Below, piece after piece: positions 38,499 to 48,379 of a stretch of DNA of 64,000 bases. The notes beneath the pieces were generated by a model, which made no database searches, was not told the origin of the DNA, and saw nothing but the letters and a program-made list of their open reading frames with translations. How positions within the stretch are numbered: position 1 is the first letter of the stretch; each line of letters begins with the position of its first letter. The DNA is from Thermodesulfobacteriota bacterium (GTDB lineage: Bacteria > Desulfobacterota > Desulfarculia > JACQYL01), in NCBI GenBank assembly GCA_963675595.2, contig CAXXLZ010000002.1, positions 3,712,001 to 3,776,000 of the forward strand. The letters are read 5' to 3'. Both the position numbers and the translations under genes were made by a program.

Positions 38499-40048
38499 CT
38501 AGAGTTTAGAGCCATGCGGGGCAGCCAAGTTTGTATAGAAGAGCATAGTTCTCCAAGACGGGTTGAATACCGTTGACGTAAGGCTTTGAGATGATTGACT
38601 GAACACGGATATCAGGCAGCGCGCCCCAAGTCTTCCGGAGAATCGGTGAATTCCGGTTGGAATTTTTTGGATTTCCGGTTCCACATGGCTCGCACGTTTA
38701 AGTTGCCGAAAAGACGACCGATGGCTGCGGCCATCCAGCCGGCGGTGGCGGGCCTGTTCTTTCTCCAAGGGATTGGAAACATCGTATAGGCCGCGTTGGG
38801 ACCCAGGCAGAGCGCCAAGAGCCGTGGCAAGCCGTAGGCCAGGCACAAGATCATGCTCCATCGAGCCAATGTCTGCCGTGTCTGCTGCCAAGCATTTTTC
38901 AGTCCGAACAGGTGCTTGATCTCGTTGAACATGGGCTCGGTCCACCATCGTCGTGCATAGCGTGTAATCACTTCCGCGCCGTCCATGTCGGGATCGGTAC
39001 TGATCAGAAGATGCCAATCGGACCAAGAGGGGTTGTCGGACATAAACCGGCACCACACGATCTTGCACAACCGGCCGTCCAGGAAGCGGACTTTGGCTTT
39101 GGTTTGGTAGAACTGGAAAACTCGTTCCGAGCCGTAGGCAAAGAGGGTTTTCTCCACCGGACGACAGAATCGTCCGATGTTTTCCAACGTGAGTTTTTCC
39201 CCATACTTTCTGGGTCTGCCCCGTTTCTTCCGAGGCGGATTGTCCGGAGGCAAAAACAGGGCGGTATCTTTGCGGACTTGGCCGATGACCGTCACACCAT
39301 CGCGAATCAGGGGAACCACCAGGGAGCTTTTCATATACCAGGCATCGAGCAGCAGAATAATGAGAAAGCGATCCGGCAGCCAAGTCATGAGAACGGACAT
39401 CAAGAGCCGCGCCGCGTCCAGTTTGGTGGTGTTCCCTTTTTTGCGGATGAGCCGAAACAAGAGGGGAAACGCGGCTACCCGGCCCTTGTGGCGGCAGATG
39501 ACAGCCAGAGAAACCCGAAGCTGTCCCCACAGGAATTTGGGGCGGTTGGGCCGGTGCGCGTGATCGTAATGCCAACCGGCGCAGGGAGCTTTCTTGGACG
39601 ATCTGGGCAAAGGGAAGTCGTCTATGGCGAACTCGATGGATCGGTTTGGAATCCGTTTCAGGATCAGGCGCATCCATTGCCGGGCTAGCGCAAGCCATTG
39701 GAATCGGCCCTTTTCGATGGCCTTGTAATAGGCGGTCCAGGACAACTGGGGCCGAACGGCCAGAAGCGCGGAAGAAATATGGCCGCCGCGGCAGACCATA
39801 CATCCCATCAGGAGTTCCAGAAGAGTCGGAGCTATTCTGCACGGAACGGCCTGAAATAGAAAGGAAATCCACTGCGATAGGAGCATAAGTGCTTGAGCCG
39901 TCGAATCCATTGGTTGACCCCCAAGGAAAGGTTTCTTTCCTTAAAGGGCCGCCAAAGGCGGCCGCGCATCCGCGCGGCAATGTCAAGTACTTTGTTGTCT
40001 TTATTCGCATTTTTCCTATACCAAGGGTCGCCAGACTCTAAACTCTAG
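38499..40048 (-). mobile_element. Insertion sequence, 1550 bp, IS701-like (IS4 superfamily) DDE transposase
   Basis: Perfect 13-bp terminal inverted repeats CTAGAGTTTAGAG; 8-bp direct repeat TAAGGTTA at 38491-38498 and 40049-40056. Confidence 0.92.
38612..39910 (-). CDS. DDE transposase (IS701-like)
   Basis: AIDD, LLDAWY and YARRWWTEPMFNEIK catalytic motifs; 432 aa. Confidence 0.92.
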   Translation of the reverse strand: MDSTAQALMLLSQWISFLFQAVPCRIAPTLLELLMGCMVCRGGHISSALLAVRPQLSWTAYYKAIEKGRFQWLALARQWMRLILKRIPNRSIEFAIDDFPLPRSSKKAPCAGWHYDHAHRPNRPKFLWGQLRVSLAVICRHKGRVAAFPLLFRLIRKKGNTTKLDAARLLMSVLMTWLPDRFLIILLLDAWYMKSSLVVPLIRDGVTVIGQVRKDTALFLPPDNPPRKKRGRPRKYGEKLTLENIGRFCRPVEKTLFAYGSERVFQFYQTKAKVRFLDGRLCKIVWCRFMSDNPSWSDWHLLISTDPDMDGAEVITRYARRWWTEPMFNEIKHLFGLKNAWQQTRQTLARWSMILCLAYGLPRLLALCLGPNAAYTMFPIPWRKNRPATAGWMAAAIGRLFGNLNVRAMWNRKSKKFQPEFTDSPEDLGRAA

Positions 40049-40085
40049 TAAGGTTATATACAGCGGTATTCGTGGAAAGCCACAT

Positions 40086-40430
40086 TTACTCAACCAGAAC
40101 CAGAGAGTTCAGGCGACCGAAACCGTCGGGAACGTTTCTGCGTGCATTGGGATCAGGGACCCATTTTCCGCCGTCAATAACGAACATGTACTTGTACATC
40201 CCCGCGGGAAGGAGCACATCGGCTTCCCAGGTGCCCGAATCGTTCTTTTTCAGGGGGGTGATACCCACCTCCCATGAATTGAACGATCCGACCACATATA
40301 CGGATTCGGCCGAGTTGTACGGCAGCTCAAAAGTGTGCACACGAGATGCCGCGGCGCCTGCGCATGCCGCTCCGAACACGCCGCAACCGACAAACAACAG
40401 TAAGGTCGCTAAATTCCGAACCAGGCCCAA
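40086..40430 (-). CDS. Small exported CBM48 (glycogen-binding) protein
   Basis: Signal peptide, then VYVVGSFNSW...GTW...YKYMFVIDGGKWVPDP...DGFGRLNS. Confidence 0.85.
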   Translation of the reverse strand: MGLVRNLATLLLFVGCGVFGAACAGAAASRVHTFELPYNSAESVYVVGSFNSWEVGITPLKKNDSGTWEADVLLPAGMYKYMFVIDGGKWVPDPNARRNVPDGFGRLNSLVLVE

Positions 40431-41389
40431 TGGAATCTAAGCCCCCCCATGACTTCGGTTCGTTCGTAGGTCTTGAAACCGATATTGGAGCTGTTCAACG
40501 ATTTGTCGAAGGAAAGGAACAGCTCGACTTTTTCCGTAATTGCATATGTGAGAAAAGTCCAGAAACGGTGCCGTTCATCGTTTCTGGTGATCAGCCGCTG
40601 TCTCGGTCCCACTCGCCAGTCGGGATAATCCCAGGAACTGAAATGGTATCCCAGCGCTATTTCGAGTTTCGGTGTTACCGTCTTCTTCAAACCCATCAGA
40701 AAGTGGTGTACGGTGTGTTCGTCGATGGCGTTGGAGGAACCGGCCCGGGTGAACCTGTAGGCGGCCTCGACCAGGGTATCGAACAAGAGCAGATAGGTGA
40801 TCCCCAACTCACCCTCGTAAGTGTGATCTATCTGGGCTTCGTCCAATCGGATGGTCCATCGTCCCAGGTCGAAATCTCGGTTTTCGTACTCCCAGATTCC
40901 ATAAGCACCGGACAGACGGATACTCAGAGCATCCGAGACGTGCCGGGTGAGGGACGGCGCCACGCGGTAGCCCCATCCTGAGTTTTCGGGGTCCCCTTGG
41001 TCGTCCAGGGATTCGATGCGCGCCGAGCAGCCCGCAAACCAGCCGGGGAGGATCACGGCGGTGATTTCGCTCCAACCACCGTGAAATGAGCTTCCCGAAG
41101 AAAGGGCGGTATAACGGGTGTAGGTGAAATCATAACCAAGGGCCAAGTTCCATCGATCGGAAATGGGTAGGAAAGCGGACAGAGCGGGATTAACCCCAAA
41201 AAAGGGAGACGCCGTTTTCCTGTGATCGTTCTTTCGGTCGACGTTGTCGTCGTTCCCTCCGAAAGTGGAAATTTCGGCGGACAGGTCCATGGAAGAGGCC
41301 TTGTCCGGGCTGATGATCAAACCCAAGAATAGTATTCCGGCTAGCAACAGAAAAGTAATATTTGGGATGGCGGCCGTCGTTCGGGGCAT
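40409..41389 (-). CDS. Putative outer-membrane beta-barrel protein
   Basis: Signal peptide, alternating beta-strand pattern, aromatic C-terminus. Confidence 0.7.
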   Translation of the reverse strand: MPRTTAAIPNITFLLLAGILFLGLIISPDKASSMDLSAEISTFGGNDDNVDRKNDHRKTASPFFGVNPALSAFLPISDRWNLALGYDFTYTRYTALSSGSSFHGGWSEITAVILPGWFAGCSARIESLDDQGDPENSGWGYRVAPSLTRHVSDALSIRLSGAYGIWEYENRDFDLGRWTIRLDEAQIDHTYEGELGITYLLLFDTLVEAAYRFTRAGSSNAIDEHTVHHFLMGLKKTVTPKLEIALGYHFSSWDYPDWRVGPRQRLITRNDERHRFWTFLTYAITEKVELFLSFDKSLNSSNIGFKTYERTEVMGGLRFHWAWFGI

Positions 41390-41531
41390 AGCCCCATACT
41401 ATAGCCTGAAATGTGGTTCGGCGGGAGTCTTTTGTGGAGAGGAGGCATGATTCGTCCTGAAAGATTCGTCCCCTGCTCGGCCGGAGGAGCCACGAGACTG
41501 TCGCTCCTCCGGTCGGACGATCGAGGATTTC

Positions 41532-41966
41532 CTACGACCGGCCGCCGCCGTTGCGCGCCCCGGAATTCCTCCACAAAGGTCGACCGTCATCTCCCCGCAA
41601 GGGAACCAGGATGTCGTCGATGGTTATGGCCGTAAGAAGATTGCGTTCTTCTCCGTTGAGGGTGACGGTGTATCCTTCTACGGTCACCGTCTCGCCTACC
41701 GTGGGTTTGTCCACTTCGAGCGTCTCCCAGTACCAGTCCGGCCCGAGGCTGAAAAAGTATTCATTCCCTTCGGGAAGGGCGATTTCCAGCCCTTGTCCCA
41801 GGGGACCCACGGTGACCACCTCTCCCGTGTAAACGAAAGGCGTCTTATCCAGGGTGGCACAGGACCCGTCCTGAAGTCTGCTGCGATCACCTGCAGCCCA
41901 AGACCCCACGGAAAAGCACAAAGCCAGCGTCAACACCGTGAAATAAATCATTCCTTTTCTGATCAT
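41532..41966 (-). CDS. Exported OB-fold-like protein (MamS/MamX-like), paralog of 9478-9972
   Basis: Signal peptide; TGEVV, LGPDWYW, GETVTVEG and LRGDDGRPLW motifs. Confidence 0.65.
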   Translation of the reverse strand: MIRKGMIYFTVLTLALCFSVGSWAAGDRSRLQDGSCATLDKTPFVYTGEVVTVGPLGQGLEIALPEGNEYFFSLGPDWYWETLEVDKPTVGETVTVEGYTVTLNGEERNLLTAITIDDILVPLRGDDGRPLWRNSGARNGGGRS

Positions 41967-42145
41967 AAAACTTTTCTCCTGTGATGTGATTTGAACTCTA
42001 TACAGACGGGGTATCTGGAAAGTCACGGGTCGATGAAATTTTTTTGCGGGGCTTCATCTCCGAAAAGGTGAGCGGGGTTATTGCCGCCCCTGATCGTCTG
42101 TGGTATTTAGAGCCCTGACGATAACCCTCGAAAATCTGGTCGGCT

Positions 42146-44362
42146 ATGCGTTTATCATCATATGTGGGGTGTTGGTTTCAGGTGCTGGTCCTATTCTTTC
42201 TGCTGGTTCCGTTGGAAGGCCTGGTTTTGGCCAACCCGGGCGGAGAGGCGGTTTCCGACGTCAGTTTCGATCTGGGAGAAGGTCCATGGCTGGTTGAAGG
42301 GGATCGCGCCGAATTCGACCCGGACGAGGGCGTCATTTCCGTAACGGGCAATGTCCGCATATCGCAGGAGGGAAGATTCCTCACGGCGGACCAGGTGATT
42401 TACCATCAGACGCTTCAGGAGGCCGAGGCAATCGGCAACGTTCTCGTCGTGAGTCATCAGGGATCCGCCAGGGGAGAGCGTCTGTGGATCGACATGAAGA
42501 ACCGGTTGGGCAAAATCCAGGCCGGTGAAATTTTTATTCGCGACGGGAATTACTATCTCCGGGGAGAGAGTATCGAGAAGGTCGGTGAGAATCGTTATCA
42601 TTTGGTGGACAGCTCCTTTACCTCCTGCGACGGCGATTGTCCCGCCTGGAGTTTTAAAGGAAAAGAAATCAGGGTGACCATAGACGGATATGCCTTCCTG
42701 ACGTCGGCGGTTTTCGAAGTCAAGGGGATTCCGGTTCTGTACGTGCCTTATTTCGTGGTGCCGGCCAAAGTCACACGCCAAACCGGACTTCTCATTCCGC
42801 GACCCGAATATTCGACACGCAGCGGTTTTGGAATCGATGTGCCTTTTTATTGGGCCATATCCGATCAAGCGGACGCCACTCTCTACGAGCACTACATGTG
42901 GGATCGCGGACTCAAACAGGGCGCCGAGCTGCGATATCTGACGAGCGATCAATCCGGAGGGACGATTCAGTTCGATTTTCTGAACGACCAACTGGACGAC
43001 GACGGGTACATCAACGACGGATACTCCCGTACGAATGAGTCTCGTTGGTGGCTGCGGTCCAAGCATGACCAGGAACTGCCCTGGGACGCCTCTCTGAAGT
43101 TGGACCTGGACCTGGCGAGCGATCAGGATTTTCTTCGCGAGTTCAGTTCATCCTACAGTGGCTTTCGCAGCTCCAACCAAGCATTTATGAAGGATTACGG
43201 CCGTAGCTTAGGGGAAGAAACCTCCCTCTATCGGAAATCCGTGCTCAACGCGACCAAGAATTGGGATCAGGCCGGCGTGACCGGGAGCGCCACCTATTTC
43301 CAGAGCTTGGTGAAAGAGCCGGAAAACCGGACGGCCCAACAGCTTCCTTCCCTCGCTTTTTCAGTGCCGTCGCTGCCGTTGGGAAATTCGCCCGTTTTTG
43401 CCCAACTGGACGCGGATCACTCCTACTTCTGGAGAGCGGACGGTCCCCGCGGGCACAGGACCCGGTTGAATCCTGAAATCTCTCTTCCTCATCGACTGGA
43501 CAGCGGGCTGGTGATCAGTCCTTTCGCCCGGGTCGATGAAACCGTCTATTATGTGGAAAACGAGGCCGACGGAGTGGAAAGCGGAACGGACTCTCGTTTC
43601 GAAGGGGGCGGCGGAGTCGAGACCAATGCCGTTCTTTCCCGAGTTTTTGATGTGGGAGCCGGGAGTCTGACTCGGATGCGCCACGAGATCAAACCCGTGG
43701 TTCGCTATGAATATCGTGCGGTGAACCGGTCGACGGAAGGGCCCATGTTTGATCCCTACGACGGTATCGAGGACGCCAACCGAATCAGCTATGGGGTGCT
43801 GAATGTGCTCAAAGGCAGGTTCGACGGTGCGGGGGGAGAGAGGTCGTATCGGGACTTGGCCAGGATGCGGGTTCTGCAATCCTACGACTTCGATGAAAAT
43901 CCCGTCGACCGAGTGGATCCAGGCGAGGCGGTCGACGAGCCCCACCGCCTTTCCGATCTTTCCTTTGAAATGGAAGTCTATCCCTTCTCCTACCTGCAGA
44001 TGTTCACGGATGCCATGATCGACACTTATGACGGGCAGGTGGCGGAGTTTAACAGTTATCTGATGGGCCGCGATCCACGGGGTGACTTTTTCAGTCTGGA
44101 CTACCGGTATACCAGGGACCGAGTTGAACAGTTGAACGCCTTTGTGCGTTTCAAAGTGACGGAAAACTTCTTCCTGCTCGGAAACGTGAAGCGCACATTA
44201 AAGGGAGACGCCACCATCGAAACCGGGGCCGGTGCCCAGCTTCAGTTTCAGTGCTGGGGCATGTTGATGAAGTATGAAGAGCTCGAAGACGATGACCGCT
44301 TTATGGTGCTTTTCGACCTGGCGGGCGTCGGTTACGCCGGGCCGCTTTCAACCGGGTTTTAA
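42146..44362 (+). CDS. lptD: LPS assembly protein LptD
   Basis: OstA-like N-terminus, FTSC..C.PAW, RQTGLLIP, PFYWAI and QCWG near the C-terminus. Confidence 0.9.
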   Translation: MRLSSYVGCWFQVLVLFFLLVPLEGLVLANPGGEAVSDVSFDLGEGPWLVEGDRAEFDPDEGVISVTGNVRISQEGRFLTADQVIYHQTLQEAEAIGNVLVVSHQGSARGERLWIDMKNRLGKIQAGEIFIRDGNYYLRGESIEKVGENRYHLVDSSFTSCDGDCPAWSFKGKEIRVTIDGYAFLTSAVFEVKGIPVLYVPYFVVPAKVTRQTGLLIPRPEYSTRSGFGIDVPFYWAISDQADATLYEHYMWDRGLKQGAELRYLTSDQSGGTIQFDFLNDQLDDDGYINDGYSRTNESRWWLRSKHDQELPWDASLKLDLDLASDQDFLREFSSSYSGFRSSNQAFMKDYGRSLGEETSLYRKSVLNATKNWDQAGVTGSATYFQSLVKEPENRTAQQLPSLAFSVPSLPLGNSPVFAQLDADHSYFWRADGPRGHRTRLNPEISLPHRLDSGLVISPFARVDETVYYVENEADGVESGTDSRFEGGGGVETNAVLSRVFDVGAGSLTRMRHEIKPVVRYEYRAVNRSTEGPMFDPYDGIEDANRISYGVLNVLKGRFDGAGGERSYRDLARMRVLQSYDFDENPVDRVDPGEAVDEPHRLSDLSFEMEVYPFSYLQMFTDAMIDTYDGQVAEFNSYLMGRDPRGDFFSLDYRYTRDRVEQLNAFVRFKVTENFFLLGNVKRTLKGDATIETGAGAQLQFQCWGMLMKYEELEDDDRFMVLFDLAGVGYAGPLSTGF

Positions 44363-44863
44363 ACCTCGGAATAATGAATAGTTTCAATCTGTTTGCTTTT
44401 CGACAAATTTCCTTGATCCTTTCTAAAAAGTCCTGTAATAAATTTCTCGACTACGCCGATTTGTTAAGTAGAGCTGAACGGCGTAAATCGATTCGTTTTT
44501 CTTCCCACCCAATGGACAATCTTGCGTTTCCGGCGCCGCACAGGCGCTTGCGGGGGGCCTTCGGATGGAAAGACTTTTGGCCGGCGCACTCCGATTCGCA
44601 GGCCGACAACTGTCCGAAATGTGCGACAAATGCATCTGGTTTGAGTTCGATGATGAGAGCGAACGATGCATTAACCGATATGAACTCTGCTGTATCCTCC
44701 ATGTGGAGGAACACTTCTCTTCCGCCGACCGGCGCTGAAGCAACCGCTTTTTCGAGCCTGAACCGTGGAAGAAGGGTTCGGGCGAGCCGTAGAGTCTTTG
44801 TGTCCCCCCTACCCATACGACGTAACCTTCCGATTCATGGAAGTCGTTTGTTTCGGGTCTTCC

Positions 44864-44891
44864 TTGCAATTCGCGCGCGGTGAGATAGAAT
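44864..44891 (+). promoter_or_regulatory. Sigma70 promoter upstream of the structured leader and ABC operon
   Basis: TTGCAA-N16-TAGAAT. Confidence 0.6.
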
Positions 44892-44897
44892 GCTAAA

Positions 44898-45100
44898 CTC
44901 TTCGCGGGTGTGCGCTGGGAGCATCCGATTCAGACGACAGGCGGCTCCGCATGCCGGAGGGGTAGACAGCCGTTGAAGATGGGACGGGATGTGGTGAGGG
45001 CGCTTTCCCGGCCGGCCGGCGTCCGACTATGATCGGAAGCCGCGGAAGTCATTAACTCGGAAGCAACGGTAAACCTCCGGGTGTTCCGAGTGTTGTCGAG
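44898..45100 (+). ncRNA. Candidate structured RNA or leader, family not identified
   Basis: 44913-44927 pairs with 45078-45092 (14/15 including GU); inner GCGGCTCCG/CGGAAGCCGC helix; an alternative 8-bp stem 45055-45062/45084-45091. Confidence 0.45.
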
Positions 45101-45114
45101 CCGTAAAGGTGAAC

Positions 45115-46107
45115 ATGAAGAATGCAGATAGGGAAAACGTGCTCCTCGATTCATTTCGGGCAAAGGTGCCCGAAGGCCGGAGCGTCATGGCGTCGCTTGC
45201 TCGCGCCAAGAAGGTCTGGATGATTCTGATGATATTCGGTTTCATCTGTCGGGATGTTCCCATCAGTGCGAAGACGGTGGTGGATGCCGCCGGACGACAG
45301 GTTACCGCCCCCGATGCTCCTCAACGAATCATCTCCATGGCTCCGAGCGTTACGGAAATGCTCTTCGCCTTGGGTTTGGGGCCGCGGGTCGTCGGAGTCA
45401 GCCGGTTCAGCGATTATCCTCCGGAAGTCCAAAACCTCCCCAAAGTGGGGCCCTATGTGGACATTCACATTGAAGCCGTTCTGGGGCTGAATCCGGACTT
45501 GGTTATCGGTGCTGAAGACGGAAATCCCCACCACGTGACTTCGAAGCTGAGAGAACTCCACATCCCCGTTTACATTACCAATCCCAGAGATTTCCAAGGT
45601 GTTTTCCATTCGCTTGAAAGCCTGGGTGAGCTGCTGGGGGCCGAGGAGCGGGCCGCCGCTTTGGTTGGGGATATGAAGAGGCGTTTGGAGTGCATTCGAT
45701 CTCTGACCTCCGGATTGCCCCGACCCAAAGTGCTTCTGCAGATCGAGCATACTCCGCTGGTTACGGTCAACCGTGACACGCTGCAAAGTAAGCTCATCGA
45801 GCTGGCGGGCGGCGACAATCCGGCGCAGGGAGAACCGGTTCACTACCCGCGCTACAGCATGGAAACGGTGCTGCAATCTCAGCCGGATGTCATCATTATC
45901 AGTACGATGCTGGACCAGAGCTCTCTGCAATCGGAGATAGACGGATGGAAACGGTATTCCGTTCTTCCGGCGGTAAGAAACGGACGAATCTACGCAATAT
46001 CCCCCAACATCATCGCAAGGGCGGGCCCACGCATTATCCAAGGTCTGGAGACCATGTTCAAGATGATTCATCCGGAGGTGTCGCTTGATTGCGGCAAAGC
46101 CTCGTAA
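45115..46107 (+). CDS. btuF: BtuF-like cobalamin/siderophore ABC substrate-binding protein (start uncertain)
   Basis: RIISMAPSVTEMLFALG, SDYPPE, LNPDLVI, AVRNGRI and RAGPR motifs. Confidence 0.8.
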   Translation: MKNADRENVLLDSFRAKVPEGRSVMASLARAKKVWMILMIFGFICRDVPISAKTVVDAAGRQVTAPDAPQRIISMAPSVTEMLFALGLGPRVVGVSRFSDYPPEVQNLPKVGPYVDIHIEAVLGLNPDLVIGAEDGNPHHVTSKLRELHIPVYITNPRDFQGVFHSLESLGELLGAEERAAALVGDMKRRLECIRSLTSGLPRPKVLLQIEHTPLVTVNRDTLQSKLIELAGGDNPAQGEPVHYPRYSMETVLQSQPDVIIISTMLDQSSLQSEIDGWKRYSVLPAVRNGRIYAISPNIIARAGPRIIQGLETMFKMIHPEVSLDCGKAS

Positions 46108-47098
46108 CATCTTGTTGGTGTGCGGTATTCTATCGGGGCTTTTCTGTTTGGTAGCGGCTCTGGGACTCGCTTCCGGTGCCGTGCCTCTCGGATTCGGCCG
46201 GCTCTGGGAAGTGCTTCGGGGCTCGTCGGGCAGCGCCGTGGAGGAGATGATTGTTCTGGATCTCAGACTGCCGAGAGTGCTGCTGGCCGGAGTGGTCGGT
46301 TTCGGCTTGGGGCAGTGCGGCGTCGTTTTCCAGACCTTGCTCAGGAATCCTCTGGCCGAACCGTTCATCCTGGGAATCTCCAGCGGTTCGGCTCTGGGCG
46401 CCATCGCGGCCATTGTATTGGGCCTGCAATTCCCCGCAGCCGTTTCCGTGTGCGCCTTCGGGGGAGGATTGGTCACCATCGCCCTGATCCTCGGGATTTC
46501 CCAGGGACGCGGTTCGATGAACACCACGACGCTGCTTCTCACCGGCGTGGTCCTCAACGCCTTCTTCTATTCCATCATCATGTTCTTCGTTTCCACCTCC
46601 ACCGAGGAAAAGCTTCACGCACTCTTGTTCTGGCTGTATGGCGACCTTGGGAGAAGTCAGTATCTGCATGTGGCGGCCGTGGCTCCGGTTGTGATTTTGG
46701 GGGCCCTGTTCCTTTACGGGTATGCCAAGAGTCTCAACCTGCTGGCTGCCGGAGACGAGGCGGCCCATCACTTGGGTATCGAAGTGGAAAAGACCAAGAT
46801 CGTCTTGTTTGTGACGCTTTCCCTCATCACGGGGTTCGTAGTTTCCGTCAGCGGGGTGATCGGTTTCGTCGGCCTCATTGTCCCGCATCTGGTCCGCATG
46901 GTTCTGGGATCGGACCATCGTGTTCTGCTTCCCGCCGCAGGTCTTTTCGGGGCGTGTTTTCTGGTGGCGGCGGATACGGCGGCTCGAGTGGTCATCGCTC
47001 CCACCGAACTGCCCGTGGGAGTGATCACGGCGTTTCTTGGAGCGCCTTTCTTCATTCTTGTGCTCAACCGGAAGGGAAGCGGATGGAGCCCGTCCTGA
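46085..47098 (+). CDS. btuC: FecCD/BtuC-family ABC permease
   Basis: LRLPRVL, RNPLAEP, GFVGLIVPH and ELPVG motifs. Confidence 0.85.
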   Translation: MIAAKPRNILLVCGILSGLFCLVAALGLASGAVPLGFGRLWEVLRGSSGSAVEEMIVLDLRLPRVLLAGVVGFGLGQCGVVFQTLLRNPLAEPFILGISSGSALGAIAAIVLGLQFPAAVSVCAFGGGLVTIALILGISQGRGSMNTTTLLLTGVVLNAFFYSIIMFFVSTSTEEKLHALLFWLYGDLGRSQYLHVAAVAPVVILGALFLYGYAKSLNLLAAGDEAAHHLGIEVEKTKIVLFVTLSLITGFVVSVSGVIGFVGLIVPHLVRMVLGSDHRVLLPAAGLFGACFLVAADTAARVVIAPTELPVGVITAFLGAPFFILVLNRKGSGWSPS

Positions 47099-47922
47099 GG
47101 GCCGAGGACCTTGGTGTAGGTTACGGGGAACAAGACGTCCTCGAAAACATTTCGTTCCAGGTGTACGCGGGAGATTTTCTGTCCGTCATCGGTCCCAACG
47201 GGTCCGGCAAGACCACGCTGCTCAGGGCCCTCAGCGGGGCGATTCGCGCCAGAACCGGCAATGTGATGTACAAGGGAATTCCAGTCCGTGACTACTCGCG
47301 AAAGCAGCTGGCGAAGAGCATGGCCTTTGTGGCTCAGGAATACGCCTTCACCCATCCCATGACGGTGAAGGAAGTCGTGCTCATGGGCCGCTACCCTCAT
47401 CTCTCCCGGTTGTCCTTCGAAGGCCCTCACGACCTGGAGGTGGCCCGACAAGCCATGCGGTTCACCGATACGGAGCATTTGGGGGATCGAAGATTTCAGG
47501 AACTGAGCGGTGGAGAACGTCAAAGAGTCATCATCGCCCGGGCGCTGGCACAAGAGCCTGAGATCGTTCTCTTCGACGAGCCCACGGCTTTTCTCGACAT
47601 CGGGCACCAGGTGGATTTCTTTGATCTCATCTGGGATCTCAACCGGAATCGCGGACTGACCATCGTGGCCGTATCCCACGACATCAACCTCGCGGCCCAG
47701 TACAGCGGACGCATGCTGTTGATGCAAAAGGGACGCGTTTATCGTCTCGGAACGGTTTCGGAAGTGGTCACGGAGGATGCCATGCGGGCGGTTTACGGAA
47801 AGCAGGTCCTGCTGGATCTGAATCCGGTGACCGGCTCACCCAGGATTACCTTGTTGGGGCGAAACCAGGGCGCGGAGTCGGGCGCGGTCGTCGAGCACAG
47901 GGTGATGCCCGAGAACACGTAA
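47083..47922 (+). CDS. btuD: ABC ATPase (BtuD/FecE-like)
   Basis: GPNGSGKT, LSGGERQR, DEPT and HDINLA motifs. Confidence 0.85.
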   Translation: MEPVLRAEDLGVGYGEQDVLENISFQVYAGDFLSVIGPNGSGKTTLLRALSGAIRARTGNVMYKGIPVRDYSRKQLAKSMAFVAQEYAFTHPMTVKEVVLMGRYPHLSRLSFEGPHDLEVARQAMRFTDTEHLGDRRFQELSGGERQRVIIARALAQEPEIVLFDEPTAFLDIGHQVDFFDLIWDLNRNRGLTIVAVSHDINLAAQYSGRMLLMQKGRVYRLGTVSEVVTEDAMRAVYGKQVLLDLNPVTGSPRITLLGRNQGAESGAVVEHRVMPENT

Positions 47923-47985
47923 GCCTGTCATCTCGAAGATTCTTTTTAGGCATTCACGGGGGGCAGGAAATTCGCCGAAAACATA

Positions 47986-48017
47986 AGCGGGATGCCCTTC
48001 GGAGGGTATCCCGCTTT
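47986..48017. terminator. Bidirectional terminator-like hairpin
   Basis: AAGCGGGATGCCCT-TCGG-AGGGTATCCCGCTT between convergent genes. Confidence 0.75.
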
Positions 48018-48058
48018 AAATCTGGAAAAACGGAAACAGGCTTGCGGAAGGAGGGCGA

Positions 48059-48379
48059 TTATTCTTTAGCCTTGCCCTTCAACTCCTCGATTTCTTTCTT
48101 GAGAACCTGTACCTCGTCTTCGTACTTCTTGGCCTCGGATTTGTATTTTTCAACATCTTCAGGCTGTCCGTAGGTAGTGGTAAATCCTTCTTCTTCTTCC
48201 TTCTTGCGCTCTACACGGTCTTTGAATTCCTCAAGTCCCAGGTAGGTGGCCAGCGCGCCTCCGAGGATGAGCACCAGCGGAATTCCCCCGCCCAAAAGCA
48301 TCAGAAAGCTTTTCCAGAATACAATGATACCCACGATCCCAAGTACGAGTGCAGCGATACCTCCAATCAACGCTGTCAT
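48059..48379 (-). CDS. Small membrane protein with coiled-coil tail
   Basis: Two TM helices then a charged tail; AAGGAGG RBS. Confidence 0.75.
   Translation of the reverse strand: MTALIGGIAALVLGIVGIIVFWKSFLMLLGGGIPLVLILGGALATYLGLEEFKDRVERKKEEEEGFTTTYGQPEDVEKYKSEAKKYEDEVQVLKKEIEELKGKAKE

Noticed and set aside
38499-40010. 503-aa alternative-frame ORF spanning the IS
   Set aside because: It overlaps the transposase in another frame, has low-complexity Arg/Pro/Ser composition and no motifs.
44374-44883. Overlapping short ORFs between lptD and the ABC operon
   Set aside because: No RBS or motif support on either strand; treated as intergenic.
46120-47082. N-terminal 321 aa of the 600-aa ORF
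   Set aside because: An out-of-frame overlap with the permease; the ATPase starts at 47083.
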